Positions 1 to 12,657 of a stretch of 45,270 bases of DNA are shown piece by piece. The notes under the pieces were generated by a model that saw only the letters and a list, made by a program, of their open reading frames with translations, was not told where the DNA came from and searched no databases. The translations under genes were made by a program, and so were the position numbers. This DNA is from Asterionella formosa. Lineage: Eukaryota. Position 1 is the stretch's first letter. Each line of letters starts with the position of its first letter. The DNA is taken from NCBI GenBank assembly GCA_002256025.1, contig NKIB01014283.1, forward strand, positions 1 to 45,270. Reading direction: 5' to 3'.

Positions 1-72
1 CTGTTATTACCAGCATATTGTTAACATAGTACCAGTAGACTAATGCTGGTAAATCTCTTTCCTTCTGTAGTG
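1..72. mobile_element. Probable right terminus of a CACTA/EnSpm-type DNA transposon, truncated by the window edge
   Basis: Ends in TTCTGTAGTG at 63-72 (reverse complement CACTACAGAA). An inverted subterminal motif pair TTACCAGCAT / ATGCTGGTAA lies within the first 55 bp. Confidence 0.45.
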
Positions 73-282
73 ACACATGCAGTCATCTACATATGAATTA
101 AGGACTGTGCATGCTTGTCTACAAAGTTTAAGAAAAATATTGCTTAACGTTGTCTTGATTAAATTAGATTCCATCATTTGCTTAAACCTAAATAGTCTTT
201 CAGTACTTTAACCCAAAGTAAAACGATTTGGAAAGTAAAATGGCTGTTGATCCAGTCTAGTACAATAGTAGTGGCTAAGACA

Positions 283-577
283 CCAAAGATGCTAGTTGTT
301 CTTTGACAGGAATGGGAGGTTGGGATTGGAGGGCAAAAGCCAGAAAGGCTATTTACAAGGGTTGAAAGGAGTAGACTGAAATTTATTTACTGCTGGTGCT
401 AAATTCTGTGGGAGACAGTTGCAATGCTAGTTTGTGCTGGTGATACTACTCCTGCAAACACAGCAATAGCTAGACCGAATTTATGAGCCATATGGCCAAG
501 ACCAAACAGTGACATACATACTCATGCATCTGATAAAAGATTGTTGCACTGGTGGGCATTCACTACTGTGTGTTTAG
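283..577 (+). pseudogene. Degraded C-terminal (GCR1_C-like) fragment of a stramenopile Crypton-type tyrosine-recombinase transposon protein
   Basis: Manual translation gives PKMLVVL*QEWEVGIGGQKPERLFTRVERSRLKFIYCWC*ILWETVAMLVCAG..., then after a frameshift YEPYGQDQTVTYILMHLIKDCCTGGHSLLCV*. This resembles the LWxEY/WxxGIGGxKPAxxFT...IYxxYG tail of such proteins. Confidence 0.55.
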
Positions 578-801
578 ATAATTTCATTGAAATTTTGAAA
601 TTTGCAATGTCTTTAGTATTTACTTTGCTTGTTTAGTACCTCAATTGTTATTAACTATTTTATCTCCTAGTAGTTTCATGGTTTGCATGTTAACATGCAT
701 ATTACTAGAAAACTGGGGAGGTACAACAAGGGCTTTCATTTCATGACAAAGCTATTAGAGGTGATGGTATTACCCACTCTATACAAGGCAGTATATATAC
801 T

Positions 802-1072
802 GAGCTTTGTCGAAGGTGCTAGTTAACTACCACTGCACTACATAGCGACGACTTTATGTACCAGGTACCTGGTACCCAGTCTAAACGAGTACCGGTACAT
901 CGCTACATAGCTTTTTTGTCGAAGGTGCCGGTGCACAACAAAGCTACGACTATATGTACTGGTACCTGGTACCCAGTCTACCCTGTACTCAAGTACCGGT
1001 ATATGTACATCGCGAGCTTTGTCGAAGGGGCTAGTTAACTACCAGTGCAGGACACAGCTACGACTATATGTA
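802..1072. repeat. Degenerate tandem repeat of about 106 bp, about 2.5 copies, carrying GTACCAGGTACCTGGTAC-type palindromes
   Basis: AGCTTT(T)GTCGAAGG recurs near 803, 909 and 1015. GC(G/T)ACGACT(T/A)TATGTA recurs three times. A perfect 18 bp palindrome lies at 858-875. Confidence 0.8.
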
Positions 1073-1660
1073 TGGCCATAAAAGGTTGCGCTGAGAGTTG
1101 ATTTATTTTCGGGTACGTTCGTAATATTATCCCTACGATATATACTGGTACACATTTTTGAAATACCGGTAGTGGCTTCAGTACATGTAATAAATGAATT
1201 ATCTGTGAAGTATGCTGTCATTAGACAGCTTCTTTGGCTTGTGAAGTGTGTAGAGTTGAAGTGTAGCCCAGCCATTGGGTTCTTCTTAGGAAACTTCGTA
1301 GGAAGTGTGGATGTACTTCTTAGGAACTGTGGATGGGTAATGCACAGTCTTTGAGGTGGAGACAGCCACATGATTGTGCCTCTACAAGTTTTGGGAAATG
1401 TGGAAGTATAATACATCTGGTGACTTTTGTGATATAGAGGAAGAGCAGGACAGAGAGGGGCTGAAGATAGTGCATTGGTTAGCAAATGGCCGGATGCAGA
1501 CCTAAGTAGTTGGCAACACATGGAGCATAAGAAAATACTAAAGAGACCATGAATCGCCAAGTAAACTGCTACTGCAGACGAAGGGAGTCCTTGTAGTGAT
1601 TTAACAGGACAGCAATGATGTTTACTCTTTCGTTTCCCTTGGCGCTCTCAAATCTACTAA

Positions 1661-2878
1661 TTATTTCTCTCCCTCCTTGTTCATAGTGCCCAAATCCAAA
1701 AATGCATTAGTTGCTGCAGCCAACGTTATCAATGCTGCTCCAACTACACCAATTCCACTTAGTGTCTCACCCAACAATAAATTTGAAAAGAATGCTCCAT
1801 AAACAGGATCCATGGCATAAATCACTGACGCCCGCTCTGCCGTGACATTCCGCTGTGCCTTGGTTTGGATGTAATTGGCAAAAGCTGTCGTGACACCTGC
1901 GAGGTACACGATTTCCCATGGATGAGAATGGATAATCGTCCACATGCTGGTGCAAGTGGTGGAAACCGCGAAATTCAATGATGTTGTCATGGCAGAGGAT
2001 CCCAGCGACCAAATCAATGCAGCCGCAGTTACAACCCAAAGGCAAGTGGCATTGAGAGCGGCTGCATTGGACACCTCCTTGGATGCTGTTTCAAGACGAA
2101 GTATAAACATGGCGGATGCAGCAGCAGCTGCAATACACCAAATATCGCCGTCATTAAGTAAAACGCCACTTCCGTCGTAGGCTAGTAGAGCTGTCCCTGA
2201 AAATGCAACAAGTGCTGAAATCCAAGTGGGGACTGATATTTGACGTCCAAAAAGGAAAAAGGCAAAGAAGGGAACGAACTTGACATTCAAGTACAACAAA
2301 AACCCAGAGCGCAATGCTGTAGTTGTAGCGAGCCCAATGGCTTGACACGCATAACCCAAGAACATCCACATGCCCATTTCAAGACCCCACCTCCATGTTT
2401 GCGTAGATGTTTCGGTCGACGCCAACCACATGGGAGTGGCAATGAGTGCACCCAGACCAAATCTTACCAGAGAAAACGCCGAGGCATCGCAGTCGTTCAC
2501 TACCATTTTAATGACGGGATGCTGAGTGCCCCATATGAGAGCGACCGTGTTGAGCAAGAGGATGTTCTGAGGAGGAAGTCCTTCTGTCAATTGGGACGAC
2601 CAATTCGTGCAATCGAAAGTATTGTTGGATAACGATGATTCATGAAGAGGCAGACTAGTCTCCAGCTCGTCTTGAAGGGGTTTTATTGCGTTACTCGACT
2701 TAACATTTATTGATATTCGGCGATTACGTATATCTGCATAAGAGGGAACAGCATTGGGAAAGGAGTGCTGACATTGAAACTTGCGCGTCTTTCGGTGTTG
2801 CTGCAGAAACGAAGTCGTTGGCAGGGATCTCAAGCATACGAGCAAGAAGAGCAATTGCAAATACCGACTATGCCACAT
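1661..2878 (-). CDS. EamA/DMT family drug-metabolite transporter, probably plastid-targeted
   Basis: About 10 TM segments in two EamA repeats (IWGTQH, RF, QAIGLxxTTA, GD, YLAGVTTAFANYIQ, DPVYGAFFSNLLLGE). The start is set at ATG 2878 because MWHSRYLQLLFLLVCLRSLPTTS-F looks like a signal peptide with an ASAF-like site. Confidence 0.88.
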   Translation of the reverse strand: MWHSRYLQLLFLLVCLRSLPTTSFLQQHRKTRKFQCQHSFPNAVPSYADIRNRRISINVKSSNAIKPLQDELETSLPLHESSLSNNTFDCTNWSSQLTEGLPPQNILLLNTVALIWGTQHPVIKMVVNDCDASAFSLVRFGLGALIATPMWLASTETSTQTWRWGLEMGMWMFLGYACQAIGLATTTALRSGFLLYLNVKFVPFFAFFLFGRQISVPTWISALVAFSGTALLAYDGSGVLLNDGDIWCIAAAAASAMFILRLETASKEVSNAAALNATCLWVVTAAALIWSLGSSAMTTSLNFAVSTTCTSMWTIIHSHPWEIVYLAGVTTAFANYIQTKAQRNVTAERASVIYAMDPVYGAFFSNLLLGETLSGIGVVGAALITLAAATNAFLDLGTMNKEGEK

Positions 2879-3393
2879 TCCTTGTCCCCTTTCATTCATT
2901 CCAATTTGAATTGTCATTGGACAAAGGGCATTAACATGAGTTCTGCAGATAGCTATGATGCATGAAATCATCAGTAAGAGTAAGTTTGTTTTTGTGTTCG
3001 TCACAGTATGTCTTAGTTTTGTGTCAACGCAATCTTTATTATTCCGGTACCTGGTACCAGGTACCAGGTACTGTACAAATATATAGTAACTGTAAAACAA
3101 AATATTCCGAATGCTTATTTTTACTGAATTATTTGTGATTCGAACACACAAAATTTCTTACTTGGTGGCTGCTTCTGCCAACCCAATTGCATTTTGTGAT
3201 GGGCGAATCTTTTTGATCCGGTCTTGTGTGGACCTGAAGGTAGAATATTATCAAGACGGCCGAGAATTTCCGGGAAGCGGATAAAAAGGGTTGACTTGAA
3301 TTCATTTTGAGACAAGTACATTGCATCTCCCCAGGTCGAACCGAATTGGGGCATCAAACCCGAATCCATTCTCTCATTCATTTCCATTTCATC

Positions 3394-6300
3394 ATGGGTC
3401 TTCGGAAAGATGAAGTTGCCGTGGCGGACCGACCCCCAGAGCCCAATTGGCACATTATGGAGATCAATGCAGTCGTCAGCACGCTCCAGGCTCCAGCGGA
3501 CGTGATCAAGGTGGGGCTGACCTCGGAAGAAGCGGCTTCGCGGTTGGCGGAGTACGGCCCGAATCAGCTGACCCCTGGTCGCAAAAAGACAATTTGGGAA
3601 CGGATTTGGGATCAGATTAACAATATTCTTGTCTTGATTCTGTTTGTTGTTGCCATTGTTTCTGCCGTACAAGCATTTACTGCCAAAACCAGCAGTGATA
3701 AGATTACCAATTGGCTGCAGTTCCTCATTATCGTGGCTGTTGTGGTCATCAATACGTACATTGGCCTCGTCCAGGAAGGAGCTGCCCAAAAGGCTGGAGA
3801 AGCCCTCAAGGAAATGCTCTCCTCGGATGCTCGCGTTATGCGAGACGGGAAGGAAATTCTAATCGCAGCAACAGAGTTGGTTCCGGGAGACTTGGTCTTG
3901 TTGGGACTTGGAGATAAAGTTCCTTGTGATATGCGTATCATTACATCGGCCAACTTGGCATGCGGAGAAGCCGCCTTGACAGGAGAACCGGTCCCAATTG
4001 ACAAGGTCACGGAACCCATGCCTGTGTCGGAAGGACGAACTCCCGAACAAACGCCATTGGGTGATCGGTGCAACATGGCTTTTTCTGCAACGCTGGTGGC
4101 GCAAGGAACTGGGGTTGGAGTTTGTGTCACTACTGGAGATTTCACTCAGATTGGTACTATCAACGCTCTCGTGACGCAAGTGGACGACAAGAAGACTGCC
4201 ATCTTGGTGCAGATTGATACTATTTCCAAGGTTCTTGCTGTCTTTATTATTACTTGTGCAATCATTACCTTTTTGATTGCTTATCTCAAGACTGGAGAAA
4301 GTTGGATTGATGCTCTCACCATTTCCTTGGTCGCAGCCGTTGCGATGGTCCCCGCTGGCCTCGTGTCGATTTGCACGGCCGTGTTTGCGGTTGGTGTATC
4401 CGCAATGGCCAAGCGTAGTGCCATTGTCCGTGTCTTACCAGCCGTGGAAACTCTGGGATCCGTCACTGTTATTTGCTCTGACAAGACAGGGACATTGACG
4501 CAGAACCAAATGTCGCTCACAGCATTTGTCACATCCAACGCACGATACATTGTCGATGTCAATGCGTCGGAACGTTCCAATACCAACTTTATCAGAGACG
4601 ACTCGTTTCTTGCCACCCGTGCCAAGCATCAAGTTGGAAAAAAGACATCCAGTGTGATTCGCGATGGTCCCAACGTAAAGGGAACTAGTACGCACGGAAA
4701 GACACTTAACGAATTTTCGATTGACTCCCTCAATACGCCCATGCCCACGGCGTATGCTGGCAAATCAGCATCCAGCAGAGCCCTTGTCAACGAACTCCCC
4801 GTATCTCCTGGAGAATCCCCTCCTGCCGAATTCATCAAATCAGCCTTGGCTGGAGGTGTTTTGTGCTCCAAGTGTGTCCTGGGAGTCAATGGAACGAAAG
4901 ATGGCGATATTGGTAATCCCACCGAAATTTCAATTCTACGTGCAGCCTACTTCGCCGGAATCGATATTGACGACTTCAAGACAGCTGCTACATTTGTGAC
5001 GGAAGTACCATTTTCTTCGGGATACAAATTTATGGCCACTGTGCATCACACTGTTGCTGAAGTGGACGGTCCAGGCCTTGACGACAAGTATGTAGTTCAT
5101 GCCAAGGGAGCCCCGGATCGTATGATTCCTCTTTGCAAGTACCAAGCCAAGGCTGGATTTGTCGATTCTAATATGACTGAACCAATTGACTCAAGATATT
5201 GGATCGAACAAATTGCCATTCTGTCTTCACATGGTCTCCGTGTCTTGGCTCTCACTCGTGGAACTATCTCCAAGGCAGAGGTATCTGAAGGAGAGAGCCT
5301 TGGACCTGATTTTATCAATGGAAAGGGACCATGGCTTACCATGGTTGGACTCTGTGCTATCATTGACCCCCCTCGTCCTGAATGTGTTGACGCTATCAAG
5401 TTGGCTCATTGTGCCGGTGTCCGAGTTGCCATGATTACCGGTGACCACAAGGATACAGCCGTGGCTATTGGACTAATGTTGGGAATTGTTGATGAGAAGT
5501 TTAGCGAAGCTGTTACTGGACCAGAGATGGATGCCATGAGTGACGATGAACTCCGTAAGACAGTCATGTCCGTTAATGTGTTTGCAAGAGCATCTCCAGA
5601 AAACAAGATTCGTATTGTTAAGGCCCTTCAAGCTGAAGGACAAGTGGCAAGTATGACTGGTGATGGTGTCAACGATGCTCCTGCTCTCAAAGCTGCCGAT
5701 ATGGGTGTTGCCATGGGTAAAGAAGGAACAGATGTCGCTCGTGAAGCATCTGAGATGATTTTGGCCGATGACAACTTTGCCAGCATTGTGGCAGCTGTGA
5801 AAGAAGGACGTGTCGTCTGGGAAAATATTCGTAAAGCGATTCTTATCAACACTGCTATCAACAACGCTCAGGGTCTTTCCGTTCTTTTTGGTTATGCGTT
5901 TGGACTGGAATCAACTCCTTTGACTGCGATTCAAGTGTTATACTCCAACTTGATTTGCGCCACGACTCTAGGTTTCGTTTGTGCTGTTGAACCTGCCGAA
6001 GATGGAATTATGAATGTCCCTCCTCGTCGCGTGGGCAAGCGGCTCATTGGACGTTACATCGGTCTTCGTATCATTATCGGCACAATCATTCTTACAGGCA
6101 GTGTGGTGGCATCGGTGTTCTGGGTCAAAGATTTGGGTTACGATGAGTTGCAACAGAGAGCTCAGGCCTTTAACGTGCTTGACTTTGGAGCAGTTTCCAT
6201 CACCCTGAGTGCTCGATTTGCGCACAACTCTTCTTTCCACCCCCGCGTCTTTCAGGGCAACAAATATGTTAATTATTCCATTCTGTTTGTCATTGCGACC

Positions 6301-6537
6301 CAAGTGTTCCTCACCTACGTTCCCTACTTGAATGATGTTATCTTTGGTATGTCCGGTATGGACGTTATTCAATGGGGAATTTGTGCTTTCTTTACTTTGA
6401 TTGTTTTTATTGTAATGGAGTGTGAAAAGGTGGTGCTCAGAATGCTCAAGGCAAAGCATTATGACACAAGCGATCAAGAGGAAGATTTCCTTGACCCTAA
6501 GATTGAGATTCAACCTGAAGGCTCAGTACTTGTCTAG
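3394..6537 (+). CDS. P-type ATPase (P2-like cation-transporting architecture) with atypical M4 motif PAGL
   Basis: Motifs [55 protein letters not shown] and [13 protein letters not shown], plus 10 TM segments. First ATG at 3394. Confidence 0.95.
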   Translation: MGLRKDEVAVADRPPEPNWHIMEINAVVSTLQAPADVIKVGLTSEEAASRLAEYGPNQLTPGRKKTIWERIWDQINNILVLILFVVAIVSAVQAFTAKTSSDKITNWLQFLIIVAVVVINTYIGLVQEGAAQKAGEALKEMLSSDARVMRDGKEILIAATELVPGDLVLLGLGDKVPCDMRIITSANLACGEAALTGEPVPIDKVTEPMPVSEGRTPEQTPLGDRCNMAFSATLVAQGTGVGVCVTTGDFTQIGTINALVTQVDDKKTAILVQIDTISKVLAVFIITCAIITFLIAYLKTGESWIDALTISLVAAVAMVPAGLVSICTAVFAVGVSAMAKRSAIVRVLPAVETLGSVTVICSDKTGTLTQNQMSLTAFVTSNARYIVDVNASERSNTNFIRDDSFLATRAKHQVGKKTSSVIRDGPNVKGTSTHGKTLNEFSIDSLNTPMPTAYAGKSASSRALVNELPVSPGESPPAEFIKSALAGGVLCSKCVLGVNGTKDGDIGNPTEISILRAAYFAGIDIDDFKTAATFVTEVPFSSGYKFMATVHHTVAEVDGPGLDDKYVVHAKGAPDRMIPLCKYQAKAGFVDSNMTEPIDSRYWIEQIAILSSHGLRVLALTRGTISKAEVSEGESLGPDFINGKGPWLTMVGLCAIIDPPRPECVDAIKLAHCAGVRVAMITGDHKDTAVAIGLMLGIVDEKFSEAVTGPEMDAMSDDELRKTVMSVNVFARASPENKIRIVKALQAEGQVASMTGDGVNDAPALKAADMGVAMGKEGTDVAREASEMILADDNFASIVAAVKEGRVVWENIRKAILINTAINNAQGLSVLFGYAFGLESTPLTAIQVLYSNLICATTLGFVCAVEPAEDGIMNVPPRRVGKRLIGRYIGLRIIIGTIILTGSVVASVFWVKDLGYDELQQRAQAFNVLDFGAVSITLSARFAHNSSFHPRVFQGNKYVNYSILFVIATQVFLTYVPYLNDVIFGMSGMDVIQWGICAFFTLIVFIVMECEKVVLRMLKAKHYDTSDQEEDFLDPKIEIQPEGSVLV

Positions 6538-6755
6538 CAACTTCCTCATCCTCCTCGAACTCCAGCTCCCGCAGCGTTTATCCCCGAACAGTAAAATGTC
6601 CTCTCTGGACGTTTTCGGGCAAAAACATACACAAGCTCATACTTATTTTTTGTTGGCTTTACATATTGATAGGAATTAATTTGTGGGTAAGATGAGTCAG
6701 GGGATGGATTGGAAGACTCTTGTCATGATCATTGCTGTTGATTAAGTAATAGTAA

Positions 6756-8030
6756 GGGTGGTTCTTATCAGACATATAATTGACTTTTTATTGAATCTTA
6801 AGAAATGGTTCTTCTTTACAACGATCCATTTCACAAATATTTGTTAGAAATGGCAAAACAGTTTGCTTTTTTTTGAGTCTCTGCGAACATGTGCATCAGC
6901 AAAATAAAGCAGTGTGTGCTTCAATTCTACAACCTGTCTGATGATCATCATTACTTAAATGAAAATGACAAATCGACTGGAAGAACCTGACAGTTGGGCT
7001 GTCATTGACACTCTTGATTCAGAATAGGAAATACATGACCAACAGAGATTTCTGTTACTTGCAGCAGTTGCCTTATCATTTTGGAATCATCCTATGGACG
7101 AAACTCAAAGCCAGTGCAATCAGCAAAATGGGAGCATCAATGACTTCACTGGAATGATCATGTCACAAAGCTTCTCCATGAGAATATTTTTCATCATGAA
7201 TATCGCAGTCTTTTCAAGCTTTCAATCACCACCCTCTGGAGCTACTTTGACCTTCAATCACAATTGATGCTGTCAAATCTAATGCAAGTTCCGGTTTATC
7301 CAGCACAAATCAGCATATTTATCCCAAGTTTGATCTTGCCATTGGCCTTCACTGGCTTGCAGGCAGAAACCTCATAGACATTTGCGATGTCTATGGAGTT
7401 TCTTATGCATCTGTTTATGTAATCACTCAAACCTTCCATGATGCTGTGAACTCTTTTTGCCCAGTGCTATCAATTAAATTCCCTGCAACAAACAAGGAGA
7501 AACAATCAGTAATGAATGGATTTCCTGAAAAAACGAGCAGCAACTATTTTGCAGATGTGTTGGTGGTATAGATGGTTATTTAAAGTCTATCACCAAACCA
7601 AGAACAAGGGATTGCGATGACTTCCATCAAGGGGGCATTATACGTCATGTGGATTAAATGTTCAACAAAGCTGTTTGAAACAGTAATTGTTGTTTCCTAT
7701 ACTTTGGTGACAAGGCATTTGAGAGGACATGGCCCTCTCAGAATTTATCCAGCCTTTGTTCAGGTCAATCCATAGCAGGTGATGCTGCTTACATATTGAC
7801 TAATCAAGTCCTCTGCCCTTTGTTGGAAGTCAAAGATAATCAACAAAAAAGATACATACAACTATTTCTTTCACAACTTCAAATTAGAATTGAGATGATG
7901 TTTGGGTTGCCCACCAATAAATGAAAAATCCTTAGGACATCCTTGTCCTTCAGCCTGAAGAAATCAGTTGGTAATATTTCTGCCTGTGTCCGCTTACATA
8001 TTTATGTTTACTCGTGGATGATGATAAAAA
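6756..8030 (+). mobile_element. PIF/Harbinger element remnant: left TIR plus heavily mutated DDE transposase pseudogene
   Basis: TAA|GGGTGGTTCTTATCA at 6753-6770 matches the TIRs at 12276 and 42274. Broken frames read AKWEHQ*LHWNDHV, CVGGIDGYL, GHY..GLNVQ, IAGDAAY, SQLQIRIEMMFGL and CVRLH. No right TIR was found. Confidence 0.85.
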
Positions 8031-8096
8031 GAAGGAACTTGCTAATGGTTTTGATTTTCAGACTAGCTTGGAGGTTGTTGATTCAATGCGGTACTT

Positions 8097-8833
8097 TTGA
8101 AGGTGGTCGATGAAGAGCTGAAAAGGAAGAGGCGTGCGGAAGAAGTGCAGAGTGAGCGAGAGTATAAGAAAATAGATGCACACACAGAGCTTGCAAACAA
8201 GGTTGATGCAATCAGAACTCTAAACAAACAGTCAACAGAGTGGACAGTGGCGCAAACGAAAACAATTACAACATGTTACAAGCAAGCAGGCAATCTTCCA
8301 TTCCCAACAAAGAAACAATTTCTACTTACCAGATACCATGACACTATGATGTGTGGTGACGCTGCAGTACCAGTTGCAACTTCAATGGCGCCACTTCCTC
8401 ACCCTACATGACAAGATACGATGGGAGTCTAAGAATGAGCGATGCAACGACTGCAGCGAAAAAATGCGAGGAGTCTTTGATGGAACCAATAAGATAAAAT
8501 TGAAGTGATACCACCAGTATAAGAAAGATGCAGCTTCTGGCTGCGAAAAAATGCAAACGATATAATATTTTCTAACCGTCGCCTATAAAAAACCTTAATG
8601 TATGTTAAAATTTTAATCAATGGCTTTGAGCCACTTTGGCCGTTTTTGTCACTTTTAAAATGGATAGATCTCAGTTAAAATATGATCAAGTGTAGAAATG
8701 ATCTAATTCTCATTTAGCTTAATCAACTAACTAATATCGTGCCACAGGGCGAAAGAGGGGATCGATTTTAGCATACTTCTAGAATTAGTCGGAAAACGAT
8801 ATAATATCGTGGCTCAAAGCCATTTTTGACTGG
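8097..8833 (+). mobile_element. Possible 3' end of a pogo/DDE-1-like transposon (C-terminal ORF fragment plus terminus)
   Basis: The ORF fragment WTVAQTKTITTCYKQAGNLPFPTKKQFLLTRY resembles tails of diatom transposase-like proteins. Inverted 15-mer ATGGCTTTGAGCCAC (about 8620) / GTGGCTCAAAGCCAT (8809-8823). The segment ends GACTGG|TA. Confidence 0.4.
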
Positions 8834-9042
8834 TACCGGTAATGTTACCGGGTGCCGGAGTATCTTTTATCAGATCATAGGTGAGTGACAAGAACACATC
8901 ATCGAAACAGCTTTCTCCTTCCATTGTATTGTAATCATTGAGGATCGATCCATCCTTCTTTGATCGCTGTCATCACTCATCACTCGTTGGTTCTCATCTC
9001 CCTTATACTTTGACTACCTACTATATACTCCCGACTACTACT

Positions 9043-11017
9043 ATTAAGGCATCATCCGTTGTTGCCGGCAAAGTCTTTGTCGCTGTGCTCCTCCTACGTC
9101 AACAACTGTGCTGCATCACTCATGCCTTTATTGCACCGACTCATCATGGTGTAGTGTTGCGTCCATCACTATCATCATTTCATCCTACTTCTTCTTTTGC
9201 TTCAGTTTTTCATTATCAACGTCAGGTTACTCTTTCTGTTGCCTCTCCCATTATGATGGATTATGACAAGACAGCCGTAACAACATTTTTGATTCAAACA
9301 GTAATTTCTACTGCTGTCCCAACGACAGCTGTGATTGTTACCATGTTGGTCCTTGCGACTCTTATCTTTCGTGATAAGAAGAATAGCGGTGCTATGGTTC
9401 CGACTATAATAATGATGAGGACGATGATGACATGGACAAGAATGATTTGTATTCTGACTTGTATGACAACAATGATTCAAAGCAAGATGGTGGTGGACTC
9501 GTTTCTCTTTTCAAGCGATTTATATTTGGATCCAAAAAGAACAAAAGATTCAATTCAAGAATGATCCAAAGAAGTTGAATACCGGTATGCCGTCGAAGGA
9601 ATACATTACCATTGAAAATCTCAATGACAAGTATGATTCGTATGAATATTCCATCATGGCAGCCACTTCGTCCAATGCCAAGGCAAAACAAAATGGAAGA
9701 GATCGACAATTGCAACGTGCCATGAAAAAGTCATTCTCTTCTTCCAATAGTGATGAGTATACTATGGAAGAAAAATGGAAATTAGGACAAGCGGAACACG
9801 TGTGTCGTACAGAAGGAAAAGAACTGTTGCAAACGATTAGAGATTTGCAACATCAAATTATGAAATCTACCATGATTCATAGTACAACAAATACAAATAC
9901 TACCGAATTCTCTACCTCAAACTGATCTTCCAAACTATCCAAGGCACAAAAGAAGTTATTACAAATTGAATTGGATTTTTGCAAAACAGTCATGGATATT
10001 GCATCCAAGGATGGAGAAAATGAAAAGCGAGCAGAAGCTATTTAAGTTGCATGGTTGGGTGATGTTGCAGCCCGTGGGACAGGAGGACTGGTACAATTGT
10101 TACTGTCACAGGCTAGCAATTCGTTTTCAAGTCAGCCGCCATGCTTGTTTGTGACTAGATTCAATGGCTATTGTTAGGACTGCAAAACCAGGTATTGATG
10201 AAGCATTGCTGGTTTTGGAATCAGGAGGTGGGACTGTGACAGGATATGGATTAGCGGCGGGACAATTGAAACGATTTAAAGATCATAGCATTACATTGAC
10301 TGTATGCGTCGAACAAGTGGCAGCCAGTGGTGGGTATATGATGTGTTGTGTGGCAGACAAAATTATTGCTTCGCCATTTGCCGTATTGGGGAGTATTGGT
10401 GTCAGATCGGATATTCCAAATGTATACCAAAGACTCAAGGATGAGGGAATGTAAGTCGTTTGCCTAGTTTTATTGGGAGTGATGATGATTGTAGTCCTAA
10501 CCCCCCCCCCCCCCCCTTACAGAGTGAATTCCAAACTGTGACAGCAGGAAAGTACAAACGTACCCTAACCCCTACCAAGCAAGTCACTCAAGAAGATTTG
10601 GAAAAATCCAAAGAGGATATTGAAGAAATTTTAACTCTCTTTAAAGAATTTGTCCAATAGAATCGCCCTTCCTTGGACATTGACGAAGTGGCAACTGGGG
10701 AAACATGGTTTGGTTCGGCTGCCATGGACAAGGGCTTATGCGATGAAATCCGTGCTGTCGATGATGTATTGCTTGATCATGTGAAGAATGGATACCAAGT
10801 ATTGGATGTCAAGTACACCCTGCCAAAAGAGAAGGAATCGTTGAAGCAATTGTTAGGAGTTAGGGGTAGCAAAGAGCAAAAAAGTCTTGTTGGTAAGGCA
10901 GTCCAGTGGTTCGTTCAGACTGTGGCTAGTGAGATCAAGGCAGAACTTGAGGACAGCCGTGGGATCCAACAAAAGTACATGATGAAGGATGATACCAAGG
11001 ATAGGTACCGATTGTAA
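9043..11017 (+). pseudogene. Peptidase S49 (SohB/SppA-like) pseudogene, originally plastid-type targeted
   Basis: Motifs LESGGGTVTGYGLAAGQL, VAASGGYMMCCVAD, GSIGV, TAGKYKRTL and VATGETWFG. In-frame stops at 9923, 10043 and 10658; frameshifts near 9390, 9560 and 10165. Intron from 10451 to about 10524. A signal peptide ending THA-F has no nearby ATG. Confidence 0.85.
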
Positions 11018-11640
11018 CTACAAAAAGTTCAACATTCAAAGGAGGGAGGATACAAATATGATGCAAGCCATACTATCCATCCAGCCCAGTTATTGAGGTG
11101 AATAGGTACATCATATTATTGTTTTTAGTTTTTTCAACATCACAAAAAAAAAGTCGTAATGTTGCAACACTTGTGTTCCACATATATTTTACATCTGCAA
11201 CGGAAAATAATACCGGTGCGTACATATTAATGATTATACCACTATTTGTATTCCTTGTGTTGAGGACTACCAATATCCTCGATATTTTAGTGAAAGCACT
11301 GTAAATTCCAAACGCACCACTATTGCTTACCACAGCTATAGGTAGCTGCATATTCCGGTTTAACAGCAAGTAATAAGTTGCAGGCATTGCTTTTGCTTTG
11401 GCCAGTAGATAATCTGCACCTGATGGTCCATTCGAAATAAATTGCAGTCGTACATTCAACATGTCAGGAGGTGACAACACAGTTATATATTTTTTTTTGT
11501 TAAATTTATTATTATTTAAGTACGTCAAATAGAATTGGAATGTTTGAACAACATTTAGGACAGTGACAAATGTCACAACTACCAGGAGCCCAACCTCATT
11601 ACAGTGAACAATCCTACAAATAGGTCTCTTTTATTTATGC

Positions 11641-11720
11641 GGTGCTTCTGTGGCACAGTGTGCATTGTTGTTGAGTGGAGAATTGAGTATCTGGCAGGTT
11701 TGATTCCTGCACTCTCCATC
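11641..11720 (+). repeat. Degenerate tRNA-like (Pol III A/B box) head, SINE-like
   Basis: A-box-like TGGCACAGTG and B-box-like GGTTTGATTCC (11697-11707). 23 of 28 nt are identical to the minus-strand copy at 25214-25241. Confidence 0.45.
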
Positions 11721-12657
11721 TATATTTATTTTGTGTAATGTCTAGGGTTCTGTCAGAGTGTGTCTGTTAGGCTGTTGATGTCAACAGGTGTCCGAAGACT
11801 GGGTAGTCTGAGGATCTTGTCAGACAGATGCAAAAAAGACGATTTTTATCTCTGTAATTATCACCCCTGACATCCTATTCTAATCTTCAGGAACACTGGC
11901 ATTGAAAATTCCTAAGTACAAAATGAGAAGATTTTGCAGGCATAGCTGCTTGTCAAAATTGAGAATCTTCATATTTCAGTCACTGCCAGTGTTGGGCTTA
12001 TTATTTTTACAGCATACTTGCAATTGTACTGCAGTGTTTGGTTTGCTGCTGATGGCATTCAAATGGGCTATACCTAGAGATCGAGATGTTTGGTGTTTGA
12101 TAAGAAGCAAGACATCATCAAATTCAACATTGTCATACGTAAACATACATCATACATACATAATTCATATGTGACTACCGTAACGGTAGTGTACATAAAA
12201 TACCAAATCCATACACACAACATATCAGATATTGTTGTTGGCCTGCTTAGCAAACTCCTACCCCTGGTACTCTTAGGGTCGTTCTTATCATTTTCGATTT
12301 GGTATCATTTTTTCGAAAAAGTATCATGTTACGACTACTCGATTTAAACCGAAAAAATCCATTCTCCACAAAAATGAAAATGAAATTGTATCGCCAAAAA
12401 GTATCACGAAAAATCAACGGTTACGGGCTGGCTACAATCATGTGCATATCCCTCCAGGCTTCCCTCCAGACCATTTCGATAATTTTCCATTGCTAAAACC
12501 ATGTAGGAAAACTACGCGTATTATGTACCAGTATAGAATATATAGCTGACATACCTGCTAAATTCTTGATTTGCCATGAATCAACACATACATGCAAGAT
12601 CATCTATACACTTCCGCTTGCCATCGTCCCCTTTCAGGTTTACAAGCAATCAGCACC

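Noticed and set aside
1039..1560. 173 aa minus-strand ORF
   Set aside because: Non-ATG start, no recognisable domain, and it lies in CpG-poor repeat-like DNA with short internal duplications.
2879..3393. N-terminal ORF extensions of the EamA and ATPase genes and ORF 3121-3789
   Set aside because: These rely on bacterial-style TTG/GTG starts or are antisense shadows. The region is better explained as a shared divergent promoter.
9923..10660. Stop-codon recoding or alternative genetic code in the S49 gene
   Set aside because: All three stop types occur together with frameshifts, and neighbouring intact genes use standard stops. Pseudogenisation is simpler.
11073..11576. 167 aa minus-strand ORF
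   Set aside because: AT-rich, non-ATG start, spans homopolymer runs and has no recognisable motif. It could be a decayed fragment but cannot be supported.
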